Shown piece after piece: positions 41,815-52,459 of a stretch of DNA of 64,000 bases. Source of the stretch: an uncultured Rivularia sp. (GTDB lineage: Bacteria; Cyanobacteriota; Cyanobacteriia; Cyanobacteriales; Nostocaceae); contig OY762007.1 in the NCBI GenBank assembly GCA_963665115.1, positions 4,896,001 through 4,960,000 on the forward strand, in the 5' to 3' direction. The translations under genes were made by a program, and so were the position numbers. Below the pieces are notes generated by a model, which worked only from the letters and a program-made list of their open reading frames with translations, did not search any database and had not been told where the DNA came from. How positions within the stretch are numbered: position 1 is the stretch's first letter; each line of letters begins with the position of its first letter.

Positions 41815-43819
41815 ATGAAAAATTTTCTGGTAAAAGCTCCTTTTGAACCCACAGGCGACCAGCCCAAGGCTATCGAGCAGCTTGTGGAAACTATTGAAGC
41901 AGGGAATCGCTATCAAACGCTTTTAGGTGCAACTGGTACTGGAAAAACTCACACCATTGCAAGGGTGATAGAAAAAATAGGTAAAGCCACTCTTGTCTTG
42001 GCGCATAATAAAACTCTTGCTGCACAGCTTTGTAATGAATTACGCGAGTTTTTCCCTAACAATGCGGTGGAATACTTTATTAGTTATTACGACTATTATC
42101 AGCCAGAAGCTTATATTCCCGTAACTGATACTTACATAGAAAAAACGGCTCAAATCAATGACGAAATCGATATGTTGCGACATTCTGCAACGAGGTCTTT
42201 ATTTGAACGTAAAGATGTTATTGTTGTTGCTTCAATTAGCTGTATTTATGGTTTGGGGATGCCCACAGAGTATTTAAATGCAGCTATTCCGTTTCAAGTT
42301 GGGATGGACGTAGACCAGCGGGAAATACTTAGGAGTTTAGTAGCAATTCAGTATAGCCGTAACGATATCGAAATGGGGTCGCGGAAAGTTTAGGGTTCGC
42401 GGCGATGTTTTGGAAATAGGACCAGCATACGAAGATAGAATTATTCGTATTGAGTTTTTTGGCGATGAAATCGACGCTATTCGCTATATTGATCCAGTTA
42501 CAGGTGAAATTCTGCAAAGTTTGCCAGCAGTTAATCTTTATCCAGCGCGTCACTTTGTCACACCGAAAGACAGGTTGGAAGTAGCTTGCGCCGATATTGA
42601 AGCAGAATTAAAAGCACGTAAAGCAGAATTAGAAGAAGCCGCTAAATTATTAGAAGCGCAACGTATAGATCAACGCTGTCGCTACGATTTGGAAATGCTG
42701 CGGGAAGTCGGTTATTGTAACGGCGTAGAAAACTATTCGCGTCATTTAGCAGGTAGAAAAGCGGGAGAACCTCCAGAATGTTTGATTGATTATTTTCCCA
42801 AAGATTGGATGTTGGTAATTGATGAATCTCACGTTACCGTTCCCCAAATTCGCGGGATGTATAATGGCGACCAAGCAAGAAAAAAAGTTTTAATTGAGCA
42901 TGGTTTTCGTCTTCCTAGTGCTGCCGATAATCGTCCTTTAAAAGCAGAAGAATTTTGGACAAAAGTTAATCAGTGTATTTTTGCTTCTGCAACTCCTGGA
43001 AATTGGGAATTAGAAGTTTCTGGAGATAATATTGCCGAGCAAATTATTAGACCAACTGGAGTAATCGATCCAGAAGTTATTGTACGTCCGACTGATGGTC
43101 AAATTGATGATTTGTTAGGAGAAATAAAAGACCGAGTAGACCTTAACGAACGAGTTTTAATTACTACCTTAACCAAGCGTATGGCTGAGGATTTAACAGA
43201 GTATTTAGAAGATAACGGTATTCGCGTTAGATATTTACATTCGGAGATTAATTCGATTCAAAGAATTGAAATTATTCAAGATTTACGCGATGGTGTCTTT
43301 GATGTATTAGTTGGTGTTAACTTGTTGCGGGAAGGTTTGGATTTACCCGAAGTTTCTTTAGTGGCAATTTTAGATGCTGATAAAGAAGGATTCTTACGTG
43401 CAGAGCGTTCTTTAATTCAAACTATTGGTAGAGCAGCGCGTCACATTAGAGGACAAGCTATTTTATATGCCGATAAAATGACCGATAGCATGATTAAAGC
43501 TATCGATGAAACCGAACGTCGTCGCGGTATTCAAACGGCACACAATAAAATGCATAATATTACCCCGCAGCCGATTGCGAAAAAGAAATCCAGCAATGCG
43601 ATTTTATCTTTCTTAGAAGTATCGCGGCGGTTAAATTCACAAGATTTACAAGTAGTAGACGAACACGTTGATGAAATACCTTTAGAAAATATTCCACAAT
43701 TAGTTAATAAGTTAGAAGCACAGATGAAAGATGCTGCAAAAAATCTACAATTTGAAGAAGCCGCGAAGTTTAGAGATCGGATTAAGCATTTAAGAGATAA
43801 GTTGGTGGGAAGAAGTTAG
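41815..43819 (+). CDS. uvrB: Excinuclease ABC subunit B; apparent +1 frameshift near 42376
   Basis: [29 protein letters not shown] and QTIGRAAR motifs, plus a C-terminal UVR domain. Confidence 0.96.
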
Positions 43820-44022
43820 GAATTGTAGAGACGTAGCAATGCTACGTCTCCCGGCATTATGGTTGATGTCAAGAATGCAATGAAATAGTATTAAAAGTTA
43901 AAAGTTTGGAGGGGAGCATCTTGGCGCTGTTCGTTCATGAAACATCATTTAAATCATATTCTTAATCATACTTCAGTGTAATTGCTGAAGATTTCATAAA
44001 ATGTGGAGTTGATAAATAGTTT

Positions 44023-44376
44023 TTAATGTTGATTTCTGCTATTCTTTGCATTCTTATCTTTAGCCCTACCCAAACTTTTTTGAATCGCATTCAGCAGAGT
44101 CTCTTTATCAAGCCGATATTCGTGAATATTAGAATCAGCTTGAGTGCTACCAGTTCCCTTTATAGAAAAAGATTTATTCACAAGCGCCAATTGAGCATCA
44201 AGAATCTTAGGATGCTTTTGATACCAAGTAGCAATAGCATTTGATAGTTGCTCGGTATCGTCAGGTATATTACTCATGAACTCCTTTAAATTGACAATCT
44301 TTTCTTGAGAAAACAAAGCAGGTTGAGTTTTGAGTAAATCGATAAAAGCGTCTAAATTTTGCTCTGCAAACGTCAT
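44023..44376 (-). CDS. Hypothetical helical protein
   Basis: 117-aa ORF with an AGGAG Shine-Dalgarno and no recognised domain. Confidence 0.7.
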   Translation of the reverse strand: MTFAEQNLDAFIDLLKTQPALFSQEKIVNLKEFMSNIPDDTEQLSNAIATWYQKHPKILDAQLALVNKSFSIKGTGSTQADSNIHEYRLDKETLLNAIQKSLGRAKDKNAKNSRNQH

Positions 44377-44413
44377 ATTTTAACTCCTAATATTTAGCCA
44401 AGCCTCACCGAAT

Positions 44414-44488
44414 CGCCCCCTAGCCCCCAAAATTGGGGAGACAAGAATATTTTCCTGCGTCCCCCAGAATTGGGGGATTTAGGGGGCG
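44414..44488. repeat. CCCCC..GGGGG double-hairpin dispersed repeat
   Basis: CGCCCCCTA...TAGGGGGCG termini with internal CCCCAAAATTGGGG and CCCCCAGAATTGGGGG. Similar to 11792-11860. Confidence 0.75.
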
Positions 44489-44565
44489 CCCATAGGCTGA
44501 AACGAAGACGGGTAGGACTTATGTGTACACCGTAGCTTTACAAGGAGAGGGGCTGGGGTGAGGTT

Positions 44566-46591
44566 TTACTCGACTCCTAAATAAGCCTTTATCGCTTCAT
44601 TAACCATATCTGTCATCGGTTTACCCTGACTTTCGGATGCTTCCTTCAATTTGCTGTAAACATCATCTTTCACAGTAACTCGATGTCTCAATTTCTTGGC
44701 TGTTGTAGTATTATCGATCGCTACTGTATTACCGCCGCTCTCTTCTGTAACTGCTGCTGTTGTCGAATCTGCCATTGTTTCAACTAAGCCATCGCTATCG
44801 TCAGAGACTCCGGGAGCAACTTTTTTGGTTTCGTATTTGGCTGCATATTCGCGAATCGCATCAAATCCGACTCGATTACAAAAGTCACCAAAACTCTCTT
44901 CGGTTTGGCGGGATTCTTTAAAGTAAACGAACATTGGCTCTAACTGCGTTTCTAAATCATTCTGGTGCAGCCTTTCCATGTAAGGAATTGCTAACCGAGT
45001 TTGATTTGGCGAACCTCCCAGCCACAATTGATACGCATCCGGTGCGCTACCGACAAAACCCATTTCTGCCATGTAGGGACGAGCGCAACCGTTAGGACAG
45101 CCAGTCATACGTACCACAAAATGCTCGTTTTGTAAACCCACTTGATTCAAAAGCGTGCGAATCCGGTCTAAAATGCTGGGTATTACTCGTTCCGATTCGG
45201 CGATCGCCAATCCGCAGGTGGGAAGTGCGGGACAAGCCATTGCATAGCGTACCAAGGGTTCAATTTGGTCTGGGTCGCTATTTATACCGTGTTTTTGCAG
45301 TATTTCTTCGATGGCTGCTTTTTTATCGGGTTCGATGTCGCAGAAAATCAGGTTGTGATTGGCAGTAAGACGAACATCTAAGTTAAACTGCTCGACGATT
45401 TTCCGCAATGCAGTTTTGAGTTGAAATGTTCCTTCGTCTTTGACTCTACCGTTTTCGATAGAAATTCCTAAAAATAGCTTTCCGTCACCTTGTTCGTTCC
45501 AACCAAGATAGTCGTAATATTTAAACTCGGGTAATGGTTTAAAAGGTTCTAAAGACTTACCAAAATATTCCTCAACCTTGGAACGGAATTTTTCTACACC
45601 CCAATCGTTGATTAAATATTTTAAACGAGCGTGTCTTCTTTGAACTCTGTCTCCATAATCTCTTTGAGTGGCGACAATGGCTTTAACTAACTCGAAAACG
45701 TCTTCTTTTGAAACGTAACCAATTTCGTCAGCCTTTCTAGCAAAGGTTTCTTCTTTATTGTGGGTTCTTCCCAAACCACCGCCAGAAAATACATTGAATC
45801 CCTGCAACTCAGAATTTTCGTCAGTAATTACTACCAACGATAAATCTTGAGTATAAAGATCAATGCTATTATCACCCGGTACCGTGACGCTAATTTTAAA
45901 CTTGCGCGGCATATAATGGGTACCGTAAATCGGTTCGGGGTTATCGTGAAAAATAGTTCCCGTACCGTTGCGCTGACGTGCGGCTTTTACTTCCGGACTT
46001 TCTTCAGCGCTGATAGCCTTTTCACCATCGAGCCAAATTTCATAATAAGCGCCTGTTTGCGGCGTGAGTAAATCGGCAATTTTATCGGCGTACTCAACGG
46101 CGTATTGATATTCTGGTTTATTTTTTAAAGGAGCGGCAGGTGTCATGATATTGCGATTCAAATCTCCACAAGCCCCCAAAGTGGAACCCATGTTGTTCAC
46201 AATCGCGGCAATAGATGCCTTGAGATTTTTCTTTAAAATTCCGTGCAACTGGAAACCTTGACGAGTAGTTACCCGCATCGTGTGGTTTCCATAATCATCG
46301 GAGAGTTTATCTAAAGCTAAATACAACTGCGGTGGAATAAAACCCCCCGGATTCCGGGTTCGCAGCATCATTTGATAGTCTTTTTCTTGTCCTCTGGCGC
46401 GATTATCCCGGTTATCTTGCTGATAAGAACCGTGGAACTTAAGAATTTGTATCGCTTCTTCACTAAAGTGAGTAGTATCTTCTCGAATCTCAGTAGCTAC
46501 AGGCTCGCGCAAAAAATTGCTGCGTTCCTTGAGTCCCTTCAAGCTTAGAAGGTTTACGGTTTGTGTTTTCGGGAGGAGCGGACTTAACCAT
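44566..46591 (-). CDS. sir: Ferredoxin-dependent sulfite reductase; apparent +1 frameshift near 46536
   Basis: [29 protein letters not shown] and TGCPNGC siroheme/4Fe-4S ligands. The true N-terminus [19 protein letters not shown] is one frame off. Confidence 0.95.
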
Positions 46592-46893
46592 TGCAGTGGT
46601 ATTGTGTTCTCGTAGTGGCTAAATATACTGCCGAGGCGCGACTTTTACAGTATTTCAATTACCAATTACCGTTTTAATAACACCGACTAAAATAACACCT
46701 TCATCTCTAATACCAATTTGAACTTGGAAAAAGTTGAAGATGTTTATAACAAAGAAATTTAACGGTATTACTAATTACTAATCGCTGGTAAATGACAACT
46801 GGTGAAACACTTGCGGTGGACGGGTTCCCCGGCATAAGCAAAGTGTTTAACCCGGAGGGCCACTGATAAAGATGCATCCCTTCGGCTAAGTAA

Positions 46894-46926
46894 ATTCCCG
46901 GTATTCCGGTCGGAATTGAGGGGAAT
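46894..46926. promoter_or_regulatory. Candidate operator dyad upstream of sir
   Basis: ATTCCG-GT-CGGAAT core flanked by ATTCCC...GGGAAT, about 310 bp upstream of the start codon. Confidence 0.4.
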
Positions 46927-47263
46927 AACTTGATTTTATCACGCTAGTAAGCCCCATTCGCAATTGAAGCAAGACTTAACAGTGAGGAGTGAGGAGTTAG
47001 GAATTACCAATTACCAATCCCTAATTCTTTAAATTAAAAAAAAACCAGCTTCTCAACAAATATGCCGAGAAACTGAGTTTTGTTTAAGCTATATAGGTAA
47101 ATTCAAACAAAAATGTAAATGGTGTAGTTTCTGAGAATATACTCATGGAATATAAAGCTACGAGTCATTTACATTTTAATTTCAGTAATATTGCCAGTTC
47201 AAATTAATGGCAATAGTTGTTGTGACGGTTGGTAAAATTTCGGTGGAATGTAATTGAAACAAA

Positions 47264-47794
47264 TTAGAAAGTAAAACCAACACCACCACCAACGTTAACA
47301 GGCATAGCGCTGGTATTACTAAAACCATCAAGAGGTACAGTTGCATTACTGTAAACAACAATGCCTTTCTTAACTTGAGATTCGACACCAACACTTGCGG
47401 TTACTGAATCTTTGTTACCTAAAGGAGTTGATTTACCATCTTGTTCGATGAAGGAATAACCAACAGCACCATATACATTAGTTTTGGAACCAAGACCTAA
47501 ATCAGCCGAAATTTCAGGGTTGATTGCGGTTGCTTCGTTGTTCCACAAAACCTTGGTACGTGCGGAGAATGGAGTCTTTTTAATCTTTAGACGACCTTGG
47601 ATGTTACCACCAAGGTTAGCAGCATCGTTATTCTGTCCACCATTGGTTACTTGACCGCTAAGACCACCACCAACATAGGTATCATCAAAACCTTTAGGCT
47701 GTGCGGAAGCGGAACCAGCAGATAAAACAGCAGGAGCGATTAATAAAGATGATATTGCAGAAATTGTAAGGCAAGACTTAATAAAGCGTTTCAT
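47264..47794 (-). CDS. Small outer-membrane beta-barrel protein
   Basis: Signal peptide ending ASA, amphipathic beta strands, C-terminal GVGFTF. Confidence 0.8.
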   Translation of the reverse strand: MKRFIKSCLTISAISSLLIAPAVLSAGSASAQPKGFDDTYVGGGLSGQVTNGGQNNDAANLGGNIQGRLKIKKTPFSARTKVLWNNEATAINPEISADLGLGSKTNVYGAVGYSFIEQDGKSTPLGNKDSVTASVGVESQVKKGIVVYSNATVPLDGFSNTSAMPVNVGGGVGFTF

Positions 47795-48474
47795 AATTTT
47801 CACCAAATAAACTGGAGGTTGGTTTACATTTATAGTCGAAAAACAAAGCTATTAGGTTCCAAAAGTTTTCGGATAAATTGTTAATTTGCTACCTAAAACT
47901 CTGAAAATACTCGTATATAAATCTTTTGAGTTTTATTGGTTGATTTTTTACTAAAGTAATCGGTTTTAGATGACCGATAAATACAAAAAGATGTTTCTAA
48001 AACTGAGTCAGAAAACTCTTTAGTAGACTGTTTAGAATCTGTCACAAAGTAAAATGGATTAATCGAAAATTTTTAATAAATGATATTAAATAAATTCTGT
48101 TATCTTCCGGATGATTTTTCTCAAAAAAAATATGTCTAAAGGTTGAAAAATCATTTTAAGCATTTAGAAACCCGGTTTCTGGGACTTCATCACATCAGTT
48201 ATCAGGGGTTATCAAGGTTCGTAGTAGCGCTTCAACCCCTCTTCCGTTACGATCAAATCCCTGATCAAAGAAGGGCGAGCAAGATGCGAACACTACATTT
48301 TTATTACCTTTTAAAATTAATGAAATGTACTATTGGTAGTCGATTGCATTAAATTTAACGGGTTTGTTTTTCCGGAAACGTCGGGAGACGTAGCACTGCT
48401 ACGTCTCTACAATCCGTCAGAACAAATGCAAAGGACTATTAGACTATTGTTGTAACATTCCTAATTCCTAACTC

Positions 48475-49815
48475 CTAACTCCTAACTCTAATCCCCCGCT
48501 CAACTCCACAAATGGCACCTATTATTAACCAATAAAGGGTATTTAATCTAAAATCAAAGAGCGTTACGTCCACCGTATTGAAAAGAATCCAACCGAAAAA
48601 TACCAATAAATAACTGAAAAATATTAATTTGTCTTCCTTGGGGATAGTTCCTAAAAATCCCACACCTTTAATAAATATCCAACCCAGCAAACCGAAATAT
48701 AACAGCGTTGTAATTAGTCCAGTTTCAGCAGATAGCATTAAAAATAGATTATGCGGATGACCCAGCCAGAGGTTCATTTTAGTCTCATAAAGATCGGAGA
48801 AATTACGTAAACCCCAACCAGTCCAAGGACGCTGTATCGTTAAATCCCAGGCAAAATTCCACTGAGTTGTACGCATTAAAGCAACTGGTCTATCCGGGTA
48901 TAATTGGTCGTTGAAGCGTGCCCAGAAAAAAGCCGGAACAACCTTACGAAATAACTCTGCGATTGGTGAAGGAGCAAAAGCAGCCAAAACCACGCTACCT
49001 GCAATCCCCATTACAAACCCTACAATTAAGCGCCAGCCTTGGTAAAAAGCATAAACCAAACAAGCTACCAGAGCAATTACCCAAGCATTACGAGAGTTAG
49101 TTAGGATTAGCCCCGTGAAGTTGGCGATCGCCGCGAGGGTGAGGAAGGGGAAGTGATGGGGGGAGGGGGTAGAATTTTTTTCTGCCTTGTCTCCTTGTCT
49201 CCTTATCTCCTTGCCTCTTTGTCTCCTTGTCCTAAATTTGCCTAATTCTTGCAACCATAAACCCAAATTTAAGACAAAAACTATAGCTAAATACCCAGCT
49301 AAGATATTGGCGTAATTGAACGTAGAAGCCATGCGGTTGGGGGGATTTCCTCCAGCTACGAGCATCCAACCAAAGATGCTACTCCATAATTTTGGAGTGT
49401 TCCATCCTAGAAATAATTCTCCCATCCCGATTATTACTACTGGTAGAGAATTTATCGTTAAAATCCAGGATATTCGTTTTAATTGCGCCGTTGTTTGAAT
49501 TAAACGACTCCAGCCAATAAATAATGCAAAGAAAGGTAGTAAATTAAATAAACCTAAGATAGCCGCGATTTTATCCACAGCAAAAACAACGGTAATTACC
49601 AAAAATAAACCTAAAAGAATAAATCCTCGATGCAAAGGATCTTTAGGAATCTTACGGAATTCTTGTCCAAAAGTAATTAAACCACTTAGGAACAAACCGA
49701 CAGCACCCAAACCCGGAAAGAAAGGAAAGATAAATAGTCCAAATTGCAAGCAATGCCAAGAAAATCGTAATTTAGGGTCTGAATGTCGTAAATAAGACCA
49801 TACCTTTTTTATCAT
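48475..49815 (-). CDS. O-antigen ligase (Wzy_C) family membrane protein
   Basis: RMASTF..AN, LTNSRNAW, RPWTGWG and HPHNLFL...ETG motifs. Confidence 0.9.
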   Translation of the reverse strand: MIKKVWSYLRHSDPKLRFSWHCLQFGLFIFPFFPGLGAVGLFLSGLITFGQEFRKIPKDPLHRGFILLGLFLVITVVFAVDKIAAILGLFNLLPFFALFIGWSRLIQTTAQLKRISWILTINSLPVVIIGMGELFLGWNTPKLWSSIFGWMLVAGGNPPNRMASTFNYANILAGYLAIVFVLNLGLWLQELGKFRTRRQRGKEIRRQGDKAEKNSTPSPHHFPFLTLAAIANFTGLILTNSRNAWVIALVACLVYAFYQGWRLIVGFVMGIAGSVVLAAFAPSPIAELFRKVVPAFFWARFNDQLYPDRPVALMRTTQWNFAWDLTIQRPWTGWGLRNFSDLYETKMNLWLGHPHNLFLMLSAETGLITTLLYFGLLGWIFIKGVGFLGTIPKEDKLIFFSYLLVFFGWILFNTVDVTLFDFRLNTLYWLIIGAICGVERGIRVRS

Positions 49816-49860
49816 TCGATTTTGGATTTTAGATTTTAGATTTTGGATTGAGGGGAAAGA

Positions 49861-50012
49861 GTTAGGAGTAGAGAGTAGAGAGTAGAGAGTAGAGAGTAGA
49901 AAGTAGCAAGTAAATCACTTTTTATTCTCATTTTCATAAATGTTGCTGCCGTAGAGGCATCTATTTTTACTAGCTACTCATTACTCACTACTCACTACTT
50001 TAATAATGTCCC
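49861..50012 (-). repeat. Dispersed STRR-flanked element, an uninterrupted homolog of 6461-6880
   Basis: Reverse complement reads ATTATTAAAGTAGTGAGT...GAGTAGCTAGTAAAAATAGA...ATTTATGA...AATAAAAAGTGATTTACTTGCTAC, the same flanks as at 6.5-6.8 kb. Confidence 0.8.
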
Positions 50013-50056
50013 CTTGTCCCCTTGTCTTCTCATCTCCCCATCTCCCCAATCCCCAT

Positions 50057-50899
50057 TTATGCCATTTCCCAACATTCCTCTCGGGTGAGACGAATTTGAG
50101 CTAGGGCGAAAATAGTGGGGATAATTCGACCATAGTTAGTGGCGATCGCTCTCCATCCCAAATCGGCGAAAAACCAAGCCCACATCATGGGACCAATAAA
50201 TGCAAATACGCTTCTGACGGCACCGTAACGAGCTGCACTCACTGCCATACCTCGACGTGCTATTTGGGAAGTAGCATAACCCTGAAACTGTTTGGCAGCA
50301 ACGGTACCACCCTTAATTGCTGCTTGTCTGGCAACTTGATAAGTAGCGAAATGAGTTGCAAACTGACGGGTGATTTGTTTGAGCAACATTGGTTGAATAA
50401 CCGAAGTCACGGCTATTGCACTACCGCCTTTAAAAATTAAACCCAAAGGATCTTTTTGTAAAGCCAGAGGTAAAGGTTCTTTGAGTTCGGATTTTATTAA
50501 TTGCTGCTGTACCTTCTCGGTTAACTTTCTTTTTTCACCCGCAGGTAATCTCTTCCAAACTTTTCCTAAAAGATGCAAAAATACTTCAGCTTCTAAATCA
50601 ACGGTTGTCAAATCATCACAATAAGAAATTTTTAAATATTTACATACCCCAATCAAAGCTTCGCGGTAAGTAATCTGCTTGCTGCGTCCCCGCAATACCG
50701 TCATTCCATCCGCAGCTAAAAAGCAAAAACGTTCTTCTATTGCATCCAGCCAAGCTTGATGGCTTTGACTTTGCACTTCTATCGGTTCCGGTGTTTGCAG
50801 GTAATCCAAAGGATTAAACTTACGACTAAATAAAATTGCAGTTAAATCTTGCAACTCCTCTTCAGTAGCTAATTCAAGCGCCGCCCTTAATTCATCCAA
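50057..50899 (-). CDS. YaaW family protein
   Basis: LDELRAALELATEEEL, FLAADG.TVLRG and NYGRIIP motifs. TTG start assumed. Confidence 0.8.
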   Translation of the reverse strand: MDELRAALELATEEELQDLTAILFSRKFNPLDYLQTPEPIEVQSQSHQAWLDAIEERFCFLAADGMTVLRGRSKQITYREALIGVCKYLKISYCDDLTTVDLEAEVFLHLLGKVWKRLPAGEKRKLTEKVQQQLIKSELKEPLPLALQKDPLGLIFKGGSAIAVTSVIQPMLLKQITRQFATHFATYQVARQAAIKGGTVAAKQFQGYATSQIARRGMAVSAARYGAVRSVFAFIGPMMWAWFFADLGWRAIATNYGRIIPTIFALAQIRLTREECWEMA

Positions 50900-51014
50900 T
50901 TTCCCTTTCTCCCGAACGAACATTTTTTGCCGTACCTTATTCTACTATTAGCTTTCGGCACTCATCAGTAATAGTTTGTACCACTACCTAAAACTGATAA
51001 CTTATACAACAATT

Positions 51015-51355
51015 GGAGAGGGGGAGACAAGGGGACAAGGAGAGAGGGGGTGGAGGGGGTAGAGGGGGAGAGGGGGGAGAGGGGGAGATGGGGTAGAGGG
51101 GGTAGAATTATTATTAACTCCCTACTTCTAACTCCTACTCCCAACTCCCAACTCCTAACTCCAACTCCCAACTCCCAACTCCCAACTCCCAACTCCCAAC
51201 TCCCAACTCCTAACTCCCAACTCCCAACTCCTAACTCCCAACTCCCAACTCCCAACTCCCAACTCCCAACTCCCAACTCCCAACTCCCAACTCTTCCCAA
51301 TCCCCAATGCCCTATTCCCTATTCCTAAAATCCAAAATCCAAAATCTAAAATCAA
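51015..51355. repeat. Compound STRR: G-rich 8-9-mers, then (CTCCCAA/CTCCTAA)n and (AAAATCC)n
   Basis: Visible tandem units between divergent genes. Confidence 0.92.
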
Positions 51356-52408
51356 ATGACTGATATTGCAGTAATTGGTGCCGGAATTGCAGGTTTAGTT
51401 TGCGCTCAACAGTTAACCCAAGCCGGATATTCAGTAAAGGTAATAGATAAATCCCGTGGAGTTGGTGGAAGAGTCGCCACCCGTCGGTTATTTGATACCA
51501 AGGCAGATCATGGTGCTTGCTATATCAAACCTAGAGATGAACTTTCACAGCGTTTGATAACTTTGCTGGCTCAAAAAGGCGATTTAGAAGTTTGGACGGA
51601 CAAGCTTTACGTTCAAGATAACTCTTCATCTCCGATTGCCGACTCTCCATCACCTCTTCCCTACACCGCACCGGAAGGAATGAATGTGATAGCTAAATAT
51701 CTGGCACAAGGATTAGATATAGATCGCGGACAACGTGTTAATAGAATTATCCTTAATTCTCAAAATCAATGGCATTTAACTAGTGAAACCAATGAAGAAT
51801 TTACAGCTTCTTCCTTAGTCGTTGCGATTCCAGCACCTCAAGGCGTAATGCTATTGGAGCCATTAGCAGAAAATTTGTTAGATAATCATTTCATGGAAAA
51901 ATTGCGGAGTGTTGAATATTACGCTGCTTTAACCGTAATGGCAGGATATCCCGACTTATCCCAACAACCAGAATGGAAAGCAATTACTTTCAAAAATAAT
52001 CCCGTATTGGGATGGATTGGTTTAGATAGCAGCAAAAGAAAAAATCCCGCACAACCTCATTTTGTGATTCATAGCAGCGCTGACTTCGCGGAAAAATATT
52101 TTGAATCGGATTTGCAACAAATTGGACAACAAATATTAGAAAAAGCAGCTTCGGAGGTAAATTTAGCATGGTTAAATAATCCCCAATGGATGCAGGTACA
52201 TCGTTGGAGATACGCATTTCCCAAAACACCATTAGAACAAACTTGTTTACCAACAGAAATATCTTCACCTTTAGTGTGTTGCGGAGATTGGTGTGGTGGA
52301 AATCTCATCGAAAGTGCAATGCATTCCGGAATCGCAGCAGCAGAATATATTAATAGTAAATTTCAGCAGCGTCAATTACCGGGGATTAATTTGTTTGATG
52401 CTTTGTAG
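51356..52408 (+). CDS. Renalase-like FAD-dependent oxidoreductase
   Basis: [31 protein letters not shown] and CGDW...ESA..SG motifs. Confidence 0.9.
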   Translation: MTDIAVIGAGIAGLVCAQQLTQAGYSVKVIDKSRGVGGRVATRRLFDTKADHGACYIKPRDELSQRLITLLAQKGDLEVWTDKLYVQDNSSSPIADSPSPLPYTAPEGMNVIAKYLAQGLDIDRGQRVNRIILNSQNQWHLTSETNEEFTASSLVVAIPAPQGVMLLEPLAENLLDNHFMEKLRSVEYYAALTVMAGYPDLSQQPEWKAITFKNNPVLGWIGLDSSKRKNPAQPHFVIHSSADFAEKYFESDLQQIGQQILEKAASEVNLAWLNNPQWMQVHRWRYAFPKTPLEQTCLPTEISSPLVCCGDWCGGNLIESAMHSGIAAAEYINSKFQQRQLPGINLFDAL

Positions 52409-52459
52409 CTACAAACTATAATTCCCTGATAGTAGAGTCAATCCAAAATCCAAAATCGA

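Noticed and set aside
20891..46591. Programmed frameshifting or phase variation in calA, uvrB, sir and others
   Set aside because: The runs are only 3-6 nt, always +1, and hit housekeeping genes. Assembly error is more parsimonious.
50965..51355. ORFs reading GVGSWEL / PTPNSQL repeats (also 6799-7002 and 54770-54970)
   Set aside because: STRR-derived open frames with no independent coding evidence.
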